This document shows, piece by piece, positions 1 through 9,922 of a stretch of 64,000 nt of DNA. The notes beneath the pieces are model-generated. The model was not told the origin of the DNA and made no database searches. It was given only the letters and a program-made list of their open reading frames with translations. Numbering within the stretch: position 1 is the stretch's first letter; each line of letters opens with the position of its first letter. The DNA comes from Pseudomonadota bacterium. Its GTDB lineage: Bacteria > UBA10199 > 2-02-FULL-44-16 > DYJF01. The position numbers were made by a program, and so were the translations under genes. The DNA is taken from NCBI GenBank assembly GCA_043823065.1, contig JBDRBB010000009.1, positions 32,001 to 96,000 on the forward strand. Direction: 5' to 3'.

Positions 1-544
1 ACCATAAACGACTAATTCTTCCTTTGGGATTAAAGCCAGGTGTCTTCCTTAAAATAGCGCTTACGCCATCCGCGCTAACTACAACTTTGGCTTTTAAATC
101 ACCTCTGTTAGTGCGAACAGCTACAAAATCTCTATGGGTTGTTATGTCAATAACTTTTGTTTGTTCAGCAACCTTAAAATCGCGGTTTTTTACCTGTTTA
201 ATCAGAAAATTATCAAATTCATCCCGCCTAATAACTTTTTTAGCCACCCCATCTTCCGGTAGATTGATATTAGCTTGGCCGTAGACAAATCTGGAATTTC
301 TTATAAAGGCATGGGAAACATCGAGATTAACTCCCAGTTGGGCCAAAATGGTTTCAGCATGCAGTGTTAGTGCTCCTCCACAAACCTTTTCCCTTGGGTG
401 GCAACTTTTCTCTAAAATAATGGAATGTTTGGCAAGTTCTGGGTTTAATTGATGTAGTTTAAGGGCAACAGCACACCCTGCAGGGCCACCCCCGATTATA
501 ATGACCTCAAAAAAATCACCAAATTTGGTGATGGATTTCAGCAT
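1..544 (-). CDS. FAD-dependent oxidoreductase, geranylgeranyl reductase family (partial, runs off the window edge)
   Basis: Not in the ORF track. Manual minus-strand translation from ATG at 544: MLKSITKFGDFFEVIIIGGGPAGCAVA...LEKSCHPREKVCGGAL...IRRDEFDNFL...VVSADG. This contains the GxGPAG Rossmann motif, the PRxKxCGG motif, RxxFD and ADG. Confidence 0.85.
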   Translation of the reverse strand, partial: MLKSITKFGDFFEVIIIGGGPAGCAVALKLHQLNPELAKHSIILEKSCHPREKVCGGALTLHAETILAQLGVNLDVSHAFIRNSRFVYGQANINLPEDGVAKKVIRRDEFDNFLIKQVKNRDFKVAEQTKVIDITTHRDFVAVRTNRGDLKAKVVVSADGVSAILRKTPGFNPKGRISRLW

Positions 545-688
545 TTGATTTGCCCCCAAAAAATGTAACGACCCATAGTCGGTAACTATTTGATAATTGT
601 CAATTATTTTTAATTAGCAATGTTTTTTGCTTAAGGTTGCTTTGCAAGAAAAAATCTTATATGTTCAAAAAATAATGGGGGAAAGATA

Positions 689-2044
689 ATGAATATCTTA
701 TTTGTTTATCCATCTAGTTTAGATTCTAATGGAAAAGTAATTAAATATAAAAGAGCTTTTGTCCCCCCATTGTCTTTAGCTATCTTAGATAGTTTAACTC
801 CCAATAAACATAAGGTAAGAGTAGTAAATGATCTAGTGGAAGATATTAATTATGATGCAGGCTACGATTTAGTAGCAATTACCTCCATGACTTCCCAAAT
901 TGAGCGAGCTTATAAAATTGCCGATCAATTTAGGTTGCGAAAAGTAAAAGTTGTAATTGGAGGTATACATGCCACAGCCTTGCCACAAGAAGCCAAGCAA
1001 CATGCAGACAGCGTAGTGATTGGAGAGGCTGATAATTTATGGCGGAAAATTCTTTTAGATGCTGAAAAAAATAGGCTTCAAGATTTCTATCAAGATAGCT
1101 GTTTGCCGGACTTGAAAGAATTGATAATCCCAAAATGGGATAATATGAACATGCGTATCTATCCCAAACGTCTAGGCGCCAAATATCCTTTACTACCCAT
1201 TTTTACTACTCGCGGTTGCCCTTTTGGGTGCAAGTTTTGCTCTGTAACCAAATTTTTTGGCAAATCTTATCGCATTAAGCCTATTGAAAATGTTTTAGCT
1301 GAAATTGATAGTATAGGTGCTAAAGAATATATTTTTGCTGACGATAATATAGCATGTAACCCTGATTATAGTCGTGAGCTTTTTAAATCCATTACCAAAA
1401 GAAATATTCATTGGTTATCGCAAATTAGTACTCGAGTATTGAAAACTCCAGATGTAATAGATTTGGCTGCTAAATCTGGGTGTAATTTTTTAGTGGTCGG
1501 GGTTGAATCTATTAATCAGGCTAGTTTGGAAACCGTGAATAAGGGATTTAATAAAATAGAGGCTTACGTAGAATTAATTTCTAGAATGCATAATGCTGGG
1601 ATTAATCCGATACTTAGTTTTATTTTTGGTTGTGATGAAGATACCCCAGATTTATTTGAAAAAACTTTACAATTTTTAAAGAAAAATAAAGTTGGCTATG
1701 CCACGTTCTGGTTTTTAACTCCTTTACCTGGCACAGAACTTTATCAGGAATTGGACCAAGCAGGGCGTTTAGATAAAGGTGATAGCTGGTCAATGTATGA
1801 TTTAACCAATGTTTTATTTACACCTAAAAATTTTAGTAAGGAACAGCTATACCACCTTTATTGGCAAACCTTTCGCCAATTTTATTCGTTAGGAAACACC
1901 ATAAAGAGTGTTTGGCGCAGCGCTAAAATTTCAGATAAACCAGTGCAGCAATTTTTTGAAAGTCTGTTTTTGCAATCTTTTTGGAGAAAAAAAGTTTTTT
2001 CTAATGAGCATCCTTATTCAGGGGGATTAGGGAAAATAAAATAA
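689..2044 (+). CDS. B12-binding domain radical SAM protein
   Basis: N-terminal cobalamin-binding features (PPLSLA, VVIGGIHAT, VIGEAD), CPFGCKFC CxxxCxxC motif, FADDN, GVES, TPLPGT. Confidence 0.9.
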   Translation: MNILFVYPSSLDSNGKVIKYKRAFVPPLSLAILDSLTPNKHKVRVVNDLVEDINYDAGYDLVAITSMTSQIERAYKIADQFRLRKVKVVIGGIHATALPQEAKQHADSVVIGEADNLWRKILLDAEKNRLQDFYQDSCLPDLKELIIPKWDNMNMRIYPKRLGAKYPLLPIFTTRGCPFGCKFCSVTKFFGKSYRIKPIENVLAEIDSIGAKEYIFADDNIACNPDYSRELFKSITKRNIHWLSQISTRVLKTPDVIDLAAKSGCNFLVVGVESINQASLETVNKGFNKIEAYVELISRMHNAGINPILSFIFGCDEDTPDLFEKTLQFLKKNKVGYATFWFLTPLPGTELYQELDQAGRLDKGDSWSMYDLTNVLFTPKNFSKEQLYHLYWQTFRQFYSLGNTIKSVWRSAKISDKPVQQFFESLFLQSFWRKKVFSNEHPYSGGLGKIK

Positions 2045-2132
2045 TTTTTTGCTGTGGATTGCCAATCAAAATAAAAAATGTTATACAAAAAACTGAGTAA
2101 TCTCACAAAGCACAAACAAAAGGGGGATAGAT

Positions 2133-3350
2133 ATGACTAAACTCTGGGCGCGCAAGACTCTTATTGCAGGCTTGTTTTTATCTATAGTATTGCTTTTTTC
2201 CAGTTCAGCTCAAGCCATGAACGGTGTTCGTTTAATTGGTGTTGGTGCGCTTCATCGCGCTTTGGGTGGAGCTGGCGTGGCTAAGCCCTTGGATACCACC
2301 GCGATTCTTTTAAATCCAGCAGGCATGAATGGCGTGGGCCAAAGATTTGATATGGGAATCATGGTTGGCTTTCCTTCAGTTTCTATGAATTCCACAACTA
2401 TGGGTGGAAATAATACCACCAGTAAAGATGAGGGCGCTATATTGCCCAATGTGAGCGTGGTATTTCCCTTTTTAGATGACCGCTTAGCTTTTGGTCTTGG
2501 TAGTTTTGTCAACTGTGCCTTTGGTGTTGATTACCGGGCTTCTCGTTTACCAACAGCGCTTACCAACAATCTTTATGATACAGTAAGCAGATATGGTTTA
2601 ATAAAATTTATCCCAGCTTTATCTTATCGGATTATTGATAATCTTTATGTAGGGGCAGGGCTGCATATTAATTATGCTTTTATTCACAGCAACAGCGCTA
2701 CTGCAGCTGCAGGTTTTCCAGAAACTTCTGGCGGCGGCAGGTTTGATCCAGCTCTGGGTATTGGTGGCAATCTTGGTTTAATCTATCAGCCGCTTGATTG
2801 GCTGTCTTTGGGAGTAACCTATACCACGCGTCAATATTTTGAAGTTTTTGATCGTTATAAGGATGTTTTATTGGGCAGTATGGATATGCCTCAAGAGGTT
2901 GCTGCTGGCGTAACTGTTACTCCGTTTGAAGGCGGATTGGTTTTAGCAGATTTTCGCTGGATCAACTGGAGCGGGGTTGGTACTTTGGGCAACTCACCAG
3001 TTAATGGTGGTTTTGGCTGGCGAGATCAATATGTTGGCATGCTGGGTTTGCAATATGATTTTGATCCCAAGTTTACTGTGCCTTTAACTGTGCGGGTTGG
3101 CTATAATTATGGACGTACCATGATTCCTAACCAATTTGTTTATCAAAATATGTTAATACCAGCAATTACCGAGCATCATATTACTGCTGGTGTGGGTTAT
3201 GATCTTACGGAAAAGATTGGATTAAATGTTTCTTATAGTCATTTCCTGGAAAATACCCAGACTGATGATGGCACGGTTAATGCCCCTGGTGGTGCTAGCA
3301 TGAAGATGAGCGCCAATTCTTTTGCCTTGCAGCTTAATGTGGATTTTTAG
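2133..3350 (+). CDS. OmpP1/FadL/TodX family outer membrane transporter
   Basis: Signal peptide ending AQA, GGAGVA...NPAG N-terminal hatch motif, alternating beta-strand pattern, C-terminal Phe. Confidence 0.85.
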   Translation: MTKLWARKTLIAGLFLSIVLLFSSSAQAMNGVRLIGVGALHRALGGAGVAKPLDTTAILLNPAGMNGVGQRFDMGIMVGFPSVSMNSTTMGGNNTTSKDEGAILPNVSVVFPFLDDRLAFGLGSFVNCAFGVDYRASRLPTALTNNLYDTVSRYGLIKFIPALSYRIIDNLYVGAGLHINYAFIHSNSATAAAGFPETSGGGRFDPALGIGGNLGLIYQPLDWLSLGVTYTTRQYFEVFDRYKDVLLGSMDMPQEVAAGVTVTPFEGGLVLADFRWINWSGVGTLGNSPVNGGFGWRDQYVGMLGLQYDFDPKFTVPLTVRVGYNYGRTMIPNQFVYQNMLIPAITEHHITAGVGYDLTEKIGLNVSYSHFLENTQTDDGTVNAPGGASMKMSANSFALQLNVDF

Positions 3351-3451
3351 ATAAATCGTAAAAATTTTGTCGAAATTAGTGTACAAAAAATTTTGTTCAG
3401 GTATATAAAATTGCCCCAGAAGCGGCAACGCCAAACAAAGGGGGTAATTTT

Positions 3452-5377
3452 ATGGGACAAAATATCGTCCAGAAGGTTTTAAGCTCTCACCTGAAAGAAG
3501 GCCAATTAAATCCAGGCCAAGAAATCGGTATTAAAATTGATCAAACCTTAACCCAAGATGCTACTGGCACCATGGCGTATCTGCAGTTTGAATCCTTAAA
3601 AGCAGATAGGGTAAAAACAGATTTGTCTGTTTCCTATGTTGATCACAACACAGTGCAGGTTGGTTTTGAAAATGCAGATGACCATGCCTATTTGCAAAGC
3701 ATTGCTGCTCGCTATGGTATAATTTTTTCCAGGCCAGGAAATGGCATTTGTCATCAGGTGCATTTAGAACGCTTTGGCAAACCTGGCACAACTTTGCTGG
3801 GCAGTGATTCGCACACGCCCACTGGAGGCGGAGTGGGGCAAATTGCTATTGGGGCGGGCGGTTTGGATGTGGCCGTGGCAATGGGGGGCGGCCTTTTTTA
3901 TTTGTCAGCGCCAAAAGTGTATAAAGTAAATTTAATTGGGGCGTTAAAGCCTTGGGTTACAGCCAAAGACGTGATTTTGAAAATGCTGGAAATGCTCTCC
4001 ACTAAAGGCAATGTGGGTGTGATGCTAGAATATGCTGGCCCTGGTGTGAAAACCTTAACTGTTCCAGAGCGGGCCACTATTACCAACATGGGTGCTGAGA
4101 TGGGAGTAACTGCTTCTATCTTTCCTGCAGATGAAGAAACCAAGAAATTTTTAATTGCCCAAGGTAGGGCAGATGATTGGCTAGAACTTAAAGCTGATGA
4201 AGATGCCCAATATGAAAAAGTAATTGAACTGGATCTTTCCACGATTGAGCCATTAGCAGCAGCTCCGCATAGCCCTGGTAATATAGTTAAGATAACAGAG
4301 TTATCTGGTAAAAAAGTTGACCAAGTGTGCGTTGGTTCTTGCACCAATTCTTCTTATCAGGATTTGGTAACTGTGGCCATGATCTTAAAGGGTAAAACCG
4401 TGCATCCAGATGTTAGCCTGGCTATTGCCCCTGGCTCGCGCCAGGTTTTATCCATGCTAGCCAAGGAAGGTCATTTGGCAGATTTAATAAGCGCTGGTGC
4501 GCGTATTATGGAAAGCACTTGCGGTTTTTGTATTGGCAATTCTTTGTCGCCTAAATCTGGTGCTGTATCTATTAGAACTGTAAATCGTAATTTTGAAGGC
4601 AGAAGCGGCACCAAAGATGCAAATGTTTACTTAACCAGTTGTGAAGTTGCTGCAGCATCAGCTTTAAGCGGTGAATTTACAGATCCGCGTACCTTGGGTG
4701 ACTATCCTAAAATTGCTATGCCAGAAAGATATAATATTGATGACTCTATGTTTATCTTTCCCACTGCTGAAATGAAAAACACGGAGATCAAGCGTGGCCC
4801 AAATATTGGTGCTCCACCTAGCAATCAAGAACTTCCGGAAAAATTGGTTGGCGAAGTAATGATTAAAGTTGGCGATAAAATCACAACAGATCATATTATG
4901 CCAGCAGGTCCTAGGCTGAAATTTCGCTCCAATGTTCCCAAGTATGCCAATTATGTCTTTGAACACATTGATGCTACATTTGCAGAAAGATGTTTGGCTA
5001 ACAAAGAAAAAGGCAAACATAATTTTATAGTCGCAGGAGAATCCTATGGCCAAGGCTCCAGTCGCGAACATGCAGCGCTTTGCCCCATGTATTTAGGAGT
5101 CAAAGCAGTGCTGGCCAAGTCATTTGAACGCATCCACACTGATAACTTAGTCAATTTTGGCATTATCCCTCTAATCTTTACCAATGCTCAAGATTATGAA
5201 GCCATAAATAATGGCGACAAGATTGAAATTGCCAATATTAGAATGGCTATAGAAAGCAGCAAACCAATCAAGGTCACTGTTGGAAACAAAACTATTGAAT
5301 GCCAAACCAGTTTGTCTGAAAGGCAGAAGAAGATGATATTGGCTGGGGGGTTGTTGAATTATACAACTACAATTTAA
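3452..5377 (+). CDS. acnA: Aconitate hydratase (short, about 640 aa type)
   Basis: QDATG, DHN, GICHQ, GSDSHT, GSCTN, CGFCIG, NRNFEGR, TTDHIMP, GSSREHA. Confidence 0.92.
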   Translation: MGQNIVQKVLSSHLKEGQLNPGQEIGIKIDQTLTQDATGTMAYLQFESLKADRVKTDLSVSYVDHNTVQVGFENADDHAYLQSIAARYGIIFSRPGNGICHQVHLERFGKPGTTLLGSDSHTPTGGGVGQIAIGAGGLDVAVAMGGGLFYLSAPKVYKVNLIGALKPWVTAKDVILKMLEMLSTKGNVGVMLEYAGPGVKTLTVPERATITNMGAEMGVTASIFPADEETKKFLIAQGRADDWLELKADEDAQYEKVIELDLSTIEPLAAAPHSPGNIVKITELSGKKVDQVCVGSCTNSSYQDLVTVAMILKGKTVHPDVSLAIAPGSRQVLSMLAKEGHLADLISAGARIMESTCGFCIGNSLSPKSGAVSIRTVNRNFEGRSGTKDANVYLTSCEVAAASALSGEFTDPRTLGDYPKIAMPERYNIDDSMFIFPTAEMKNTEIKRGPNIGAPPSNQELPEKLVGEVMIKVGDKITTDHIMPAGPRLKFRSNVPKYANYVFEHIDATFAERCLANKEKGKHNFIVAGESYGQGSSREHAALCPMYLGVKAVLAKSFERIHTDNLVNFGIIPLIFTNAQDYEAINNGDKIEIANIRMAIESSKPIKVTVGNKTIECQTSLSERQKKMILAGGLLNYTTTI

Positions 5378-5381
5378 CCTA

Positions 5382-5468
5382 TTCCCTCTCCCTTGAGGGG
5401 AGAGGGTCAGGGTGAGGGTGCCCCTTTATCACCCTCCCCTTAATCCCCTCCCATCAAGGGAGGGGAAA
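5382..5468. repeat. C/G-rich palindromic intergenic repeat (REP/MITE-like), copy 1
   Basis: CCCTCTCCC-TTGAG-GGGAGAGGG hairpin and CCCCTCCC-ATCAA-GGGAGGGG hairpin joined by GGGTGAGGGTG/CACCCTCCC; close relative at 7945-8022. Confidence 0.85.
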
Positions 5469-5483
5469 ATAACGGAGAAACAT

Positions 5484-6692
5484 ATGTCCAAAATAAAAGT
5501 AGCTAGGCCTATTGTCGAAATTGATGGTGATGAAATGACGCGAATCATCTGGCAGATGATCAAAGAAAAACTGATTTTTCCATATCTGCAAGTAGATCTT
5601 AAATATTTTGATCTGGCAGTTACCAAAAGAGATGAAACAGATGATCAGATCACCATTGATGCAGCAGAGGCTATTAGTGAATATGGTGTAGGTGTAAAAT
5701 GCGCCACCATCACTCCAGATGCTGAGCGGGTCAAAGAATATAAATTGAAAAAAGCCTGGAAATCTCCTAATGGCACTATCCGCGGTATTTTAGATGGAAC
5801 GGTTTTTCGCAAGCCGATCATGACCAAAAATATTTTACCTGCTGTGCGTTCTTGGAAAAAACCCATCATTATTGGCCGTCATGCCTATGGCGATCTTTAT
5901 AAGAGCCAAGAATATTTGGTGCCAGGACCAGGCACAGCAGAAATGATTTTTACCCCAGCTGATGGTTCAGAACAAGTCAGACTTCCTATTCATGAATTTA
6001 AGGGTAAGGGCATTATTATGGGTATCCATAATACAGATAAATCTATCCGCTCTTTTGCCAAGGCTTGTGTGAACTATGCCTTGTCCGATGGCGTAAATCT
6101 TTGGTTTGGCGCCAAAGATACTATTAGCAAAACCTATCATGCCCATTTCAAAGATGTATTTAATGCTGAGGTGGAAGCTAATAAAGCCAAATTTGACAAG
6201 GCTGGAATTACTTATCGTTATTTATTGATTGATGATGCAGTTGCTCAAATCATGAAACATGAAGGTGGAATTTTGTGGGCCTGCAAAAACTATGATGGTG
6301 ATGTATTTTCAGATATGGTGGCTGCAGGTTTTGGAAGCCTGGGTATGATGACTTCTGTGCTGGTCTCTCCAGACGGCAAATTTGAATATGAGGCAGCGCA
6401 CGGCACAGTAAAAAGACATTATGCTGAACATAAAAAAGGAAACCCAACTAGCACTAATTCCGTAGCTTCTATCTTTGCTTGGACAGGTGGCTTAAAGAAA
6501 CGCGGTGAACTGGATAACACGCCAGAGGTAGTTAATTTTGCCACCAAACTTGAAAACAGTGTAATTAGCTGTATTGAATCTGGAATTATGACCAAAGATT
6601 TAACGCACTTGGTAACTCCAGCTCTTGATAAATATGAAACCACTGAAGGGTTTATTGATAAAGTAGCTAAGAAGTTGGAAAAATCTTTGTAG
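5484..6692 (+). CDS. icd: NADP-dependent isocitrate dehydrogenase (eukaryote-like homodimeric type)
   Basis: [46 protein letters not shown]. Start moved to ATG 5484 (GGAG upstream) because the ORF-track N-terminal extension is translated repeat. Confidence 0.95.
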   Translation: MSKIKVARPIVEIDGDEMTRIIWQMIKEKLIFPYLQVDLKYFDLAVTKRDETDDQITIDAAEAISEYGVGVKCATITPDAERVKEYKLKKAWKSPNGTIRGILDGTVFRKPIMTKNILPAVRSWKKPIIIGRHAYGDLYKSQEYLVPGPGTAEMIFTPADGSEQVRLPIHEFKGKGIIMGIHNTDKSIRSFAKACVNYALSDGVNLWFGAKDTISKTYHAHFKDVFNAEVEANKAKFDKAGITYRYLLIDDAVAQIMKHEGGILWACKNYDGDVFSDMVAAGFGSLGMMTSVLVSPDGKFEYEAAHGTVKRHYAEHKKGNPTSTNSVASIFAWTGGLKKRGELDNTPEVVNFATKLENSVISCIESGIMTKDLTHLVTPALDKYETTEGFIDKVAKKLEKSL

Positions 6693-6700
6693 GAGGAGCA

Positions 6701-7942
6701 ATGGCTCAAAAAGGTATTCGTGAATATGACGCCAAAAGGATGCTGGCCAAGGCTTTAGGCTTAGAGGCAAAAGTGGCGCTGGTTGGTCCAGATACAGATC
6801 TAAAAACAATTACCAAAAAGCATGCCTGGTTATTAAAAGAAAAATTAGTGGTTAAGCCAGATCAGCTTTTTGGCAAAAGAGGAAAACACGGCCTGCTCTT
6901 GCTAGATGCAGATTGGACCAAAGCCAGCAAGTGGATTAAAGAGCATCAAAATAAAGAAACTAAAGTGGGCCAAACCACAGGCCAACTCACCCATTTCTTG
7001 ATTGAACCATTTACTCCACATAAGGAAGATGAAGAATGGTATGTGGCTATTCGTTCTGAAAGAGAAAACGACCTAATCTATTTTTCCACCAAAGGTGGAA
7101 TTTTTGTGGAAGAAAATTGGGATAAAGTTGCGGAAATAAAAGTGCCGATTTTAGGTGACGTAGAAAAAGCTGATTTTTCCAAATTAGCATCAATGATGGG
7201 CAAGAGGGGCGACCAGGTCCTGCCTTTTATCAAATCTTTATATAATTTTTATGCAGAAAATGGTTTTGCCTATTTAGAAATCAACCCCTTTACTTTTGAT
7301 AAAGTTGGTAAAATTATCCCGCTGGATATGGTGGCTAAAGTAGATGATACAGCCAGCTTTGATTGCCGCAACACTTGGGGTAATTTGGAATTTCCCAAAC
7401 CATTTGGCACCACTTCCACTAAAGAAGAAGAATTTGTAAGTTATCTTGATGAGCAAAGCGGCGCTTCGCTTAAGCTTACTATCTTAAATCCAGAAGGTAG
7501 AGTTTGGACCATGGTTGCTGGTGGTGGTGCTTCAGTTATTTATGCAGACACTGTTTGCGATTTAGGTTTTGCCAAAGAGTTGGCCAATTACGGCGAATAT
7601 TCTGGTGATCCTTCGCGCGAACTTACCTATCAATATGCTAAAACAGTTTTGGATTTAATGACCCGAAAAAGAGATCCCAAAGGAAAATTTTTAATTATCG
7701 GCGGCGGTATTGCTAATTTTACAGATGTTGCGGCAACGTTTACCGGTATAATTCAGGCATTAACTGAATTTAGGGAAAAATTAATTAAAAATAAGGTAAA
7801 GATCTATGTGCGTCGAGGCGGGCCAAATTATCAAGAAGGTTTGGCTAAAATGCGCAAGCTTGGCCAAACTTTGGGCGTGCCTATTGAAGTTTACGGCCCA
7901 GAAACGCATATGACTAAGATTGTTTCGTTGGCATTAAAGTGA
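6701..7942 (+). CDS. aclB: ATP-citrate lyase beta (ATP-grasp plus citrate-binding) subunit
   Basis: IREYDAK, VVKPDQLFGKRGKHG, YLEINP, SLKLTILNPEGRVWTMVAGGGASV, NYGEYSG, GGGIANFTDVA, RRGGPNYQEGL; AGGAGG RBS. Confidence 0.93.
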   Translation: MAQKGIREYDAKRMLAKALGLEAKVALVGPDTDLKTITKKHAWLLKEKLVVKPDQLFGKRGKHGLLLLDADWTKASKWIKEHQNKETKVGQTTGQLTHFLIEPFTPHKEDEEWYVAIRSERENDLIYFSTKGGIFVEENWDKVAEIKVPILGDVEKADFSKLASMMGKRGDQVLPFIKSLYNFYAENGFAYLEINPFTFDKVGKIIPLDMVAKVDDTASFDCRNTWGNLEFPKPFGTTSTKEEEFVSYLDEQSGASLKLTILNPEGRVWTMVAGGGASVIYADTVCDLGFAKELANYGEYSGDPSRELTYQYAKTVLDLMTRKRDPKGKFLIIGGGIANFTDVAATFTGIIQALTEFREKLIKNKVKIYVRRGGPNYQEGLAKMRKLGQTLGVPIEVYGPETHMTKIVSLALK

Positions 7943-7944
7943 TT

Positions 7945-8022
7945 TTTCCTCCCCCTTGATGGGGGAGGATTAAGGTGGGGGTGATCACCCTCCCCTTTAT
8001 CCCCTCCCATCAAGGGAGGGGA
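7945..8022. repeat. C/G-rich palindromic intergenic repeat, copy 2
   Basis: CCTCCCCC-TTGAT-GGGGGAGG and CCCCTCCC-ATCAA-GGGAGGGG hairpins; same family as 5382-5468. Confidence 0.85.
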
Positions 8023-8043
8023 GGTATGGAAGGAGATTATTAT

Positions 8044-9882
8044 ATGCAGTCTGCAGAATTGTTCACTAAGGAAACCGAATCCATAGTATATGGTTATCAA
8101 CAAAACGCCATTCAGCGTATGTTGGATTTTGATTTTGCCTGTGGCCGGAAAAAACCTTCAGTAGCGGCAATTGTTAATCCTTCCCGCGCTGGCTGGCACA
8201 AGGTTTTTTATGGGCAAAAAGAAATTTTGCTGCCCATGTATCGCACATTAGAAGAAGCATTGGTCAAACATCCTCAAGTAGATGTGATGGTTAATTTTTC
8301 CTCCCAACGTTCTGCTTTTTCCACCACCATGGAAGCTTTAGAAACACCTAATATCAAAACTGTGGCAGTGATTGCTGAAGGTGTACCAGAACGCAAAAGC
8401 AGAATCATGGCTGCAACTGCTAAGGCCAAGGGTAAAATGATTATTGGTCCGGCAACAGTGGGTGGTATCAAAGCTGGTTGTTTTAAGATTGGCAACACCG
8501 CTGGCACCATTGAAAATATTATTGACTCCAAACTTAATCGGCCAGGGAGCGTGGGCTTTGTTTCCAAATCTGGCGGTCTTTCTAATGAATGTTACAATAT
8601 TATTGCCCGCAATACTGATGGCTTATATGAAGGCATAGCCATTGGCGGCGATGCCTATCCTGGCTCAACCTTGCTGGATCATATTTTGCGCTATGAATCT
8701 ATCCCAGAAGTAAAAATGATTGCAGCTTTAGGCGAAATCGGCGGAGTTGAAGAACTAAAAATTGTAGATGCGCTCAAGGCTGGAAAAATTAAAAAGCCTT
8801 TGGTGATCTGGGTAACTGGCACCTGTTCTAAAATGTTTCCTGCTGGCGTGCAGTTTGGCCATGCAGGCGCAAAAGCAGATTCTAGTTTGGAAACAGCAGA
8901 TGCCAAAAATAAGGCCCTGAAAGATGCAGGCGCAATAGTGCCCACATCTTTTGACGATTATGGCGAGAAGATTCATAAGACTTATGAAAAGTTAGTAAAA
9001 GAAGGAAAGATTAAACCAGCAACAGAAGCTGATGCCCCGCAATTTCCAATGGATTATGCCCAGGCAGTAAAACGCGGTTTGGTGCGCAAGCCTTCAGAAT
9101 TTATTTGCACCATTTCCAATGATAAAGGAGAAGAATTAACCTATTCAGATGTGCCTATTTCCAAAGTTGTTGCTGAAAATTACGGCATTGGCGGCGTAAT
9201 CGGTCTGCTTTGGTTTAAGCGTGAACTTCCTAAATTTGCCAGAGATTATTTGGAAACAGTGTTGGTTTTAACTGCTGACCATGGCCCGGCTGTTTCTGGC
9301 GCGCATAACGCCATTGTTTGCGCCAGAGCTGCCAAGGATATTATCTCCAGCCTGGTTTCCGGCCTGCTTACCATTGGCCCGCGTTTTGGCGGAGCAATTG
9401 ACGGCGCTGCCCAAAATTTCAAACGCGCTTTTGAAGCAGGGCTAACACCAGAAAACTTTGTCAAAGATATGAAAGTGAAAGGAATTAATATTCCAGGAAT
9501 CGGACATTTGGTGAAAAGCGTGACCAACCCGGATATGCGGGTTACGCAGCTTAAATCTTTTGTAAAAGAAAATTTTCCAAAAACAAAACTTCTGGATTAT
9601 GCCTTGCAAGTAGAAGAAATTACCACTCAGAAAAAAGGCAGCCTGATTCTTAATGTTGATGGCTGTATTGGCATTACCTTTGTGGATCTGTTATGGTCTT
9701 TGCCAGAGCTATTTAACAAAGAAGAAGTGGATGAAATCATTCATCTGGGTTGCCTGAATGCCTTGTTTGTGGTTGGTCGCTCTATTGGTATCTTTGGCCA
9801 CATCTTTGACCAAATTCGCCTTAAGCAACCATTATATCGCACGCCCTATGATGAAATTTCTTATATGACTGAGATTAAATAA
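8044..9882 (+). CDS. aclA: ATP-citrate lyase alpha (CoA-binding, CoA-ligase and citryl-CoA lyase) subunit
   Basis: QRMLDFDF, IIGPATVGG, SKSGG, QFGHAGA (phospho-His), ADHGPAVSGAHN, IGPRFGGA, IPGIGH, LNVDG. Start at ATG 8044 after an AGGAG RBS. Confidence 0.93.
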   Translation: MQSAELFTKETESIVYGYQQNAIQRMLDFDFACGRKKPSVAAIVNPSRAGWHKVFYGQKEILLPMYRTLEEALVKHPQVDVMVNFSSQRSAFSTTMEALETPNIKTVAVIAEGVPERKSRIMAATAKAKGKMIIGPATVGGIKAGCFKIGNTAGTIENIIDSKLNRPGSVGFVSKSGGLSNECYNIIARNTDGLYEGIAIGGDAYPGSTLLDHILRYESIPEVKMIAALGEIGGVEELKIVDALKAGKIKKPLVIWVTGTCSKMFPAGVQFGHAGAKADSSLETADAKNKALKDAGAIVPTSFDDYGEKIHKTYEKLVKEGKIKPATEADAPQFPMDYAQAVKRGLVRKPSEFICTISNDKGEELTYSDVPISKVVAENYGIGGVIGLLWFKRELPKFARDYLETVLVLTADHGPAVSGAHNAIVCARAAKDIISSLVSGLLTIGPRFGGAIDGAAQNFKRAFEAGLTPENFVKDMKVKGINIPGIGHLVKSVTNPDMRVTQLKSFVKENFPKTKLLDYALQVEEITTQKKGSLILNVDGCIGITFVDLLWSLPELFNKEEVDEIIHLGCLNALFVVGRSIGIFGHIFDQIRLKQPLYRTPYDEISYMTEIK

Positions 9883-9922
9883 AAAAATGACCAGAGACAA
9901 TAGTCTTAAAGTCATTCAATAG

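Noticed and set aside
5412..8043. N-terminal extensions of icd (5412) and aclA (7975), likewise ychF (25592), rimO (25569) and mfd (54554)
   Set aside because: They are translations of intergenic repeats or promoter DNA; family homology and RBSs point to downstream ATGs
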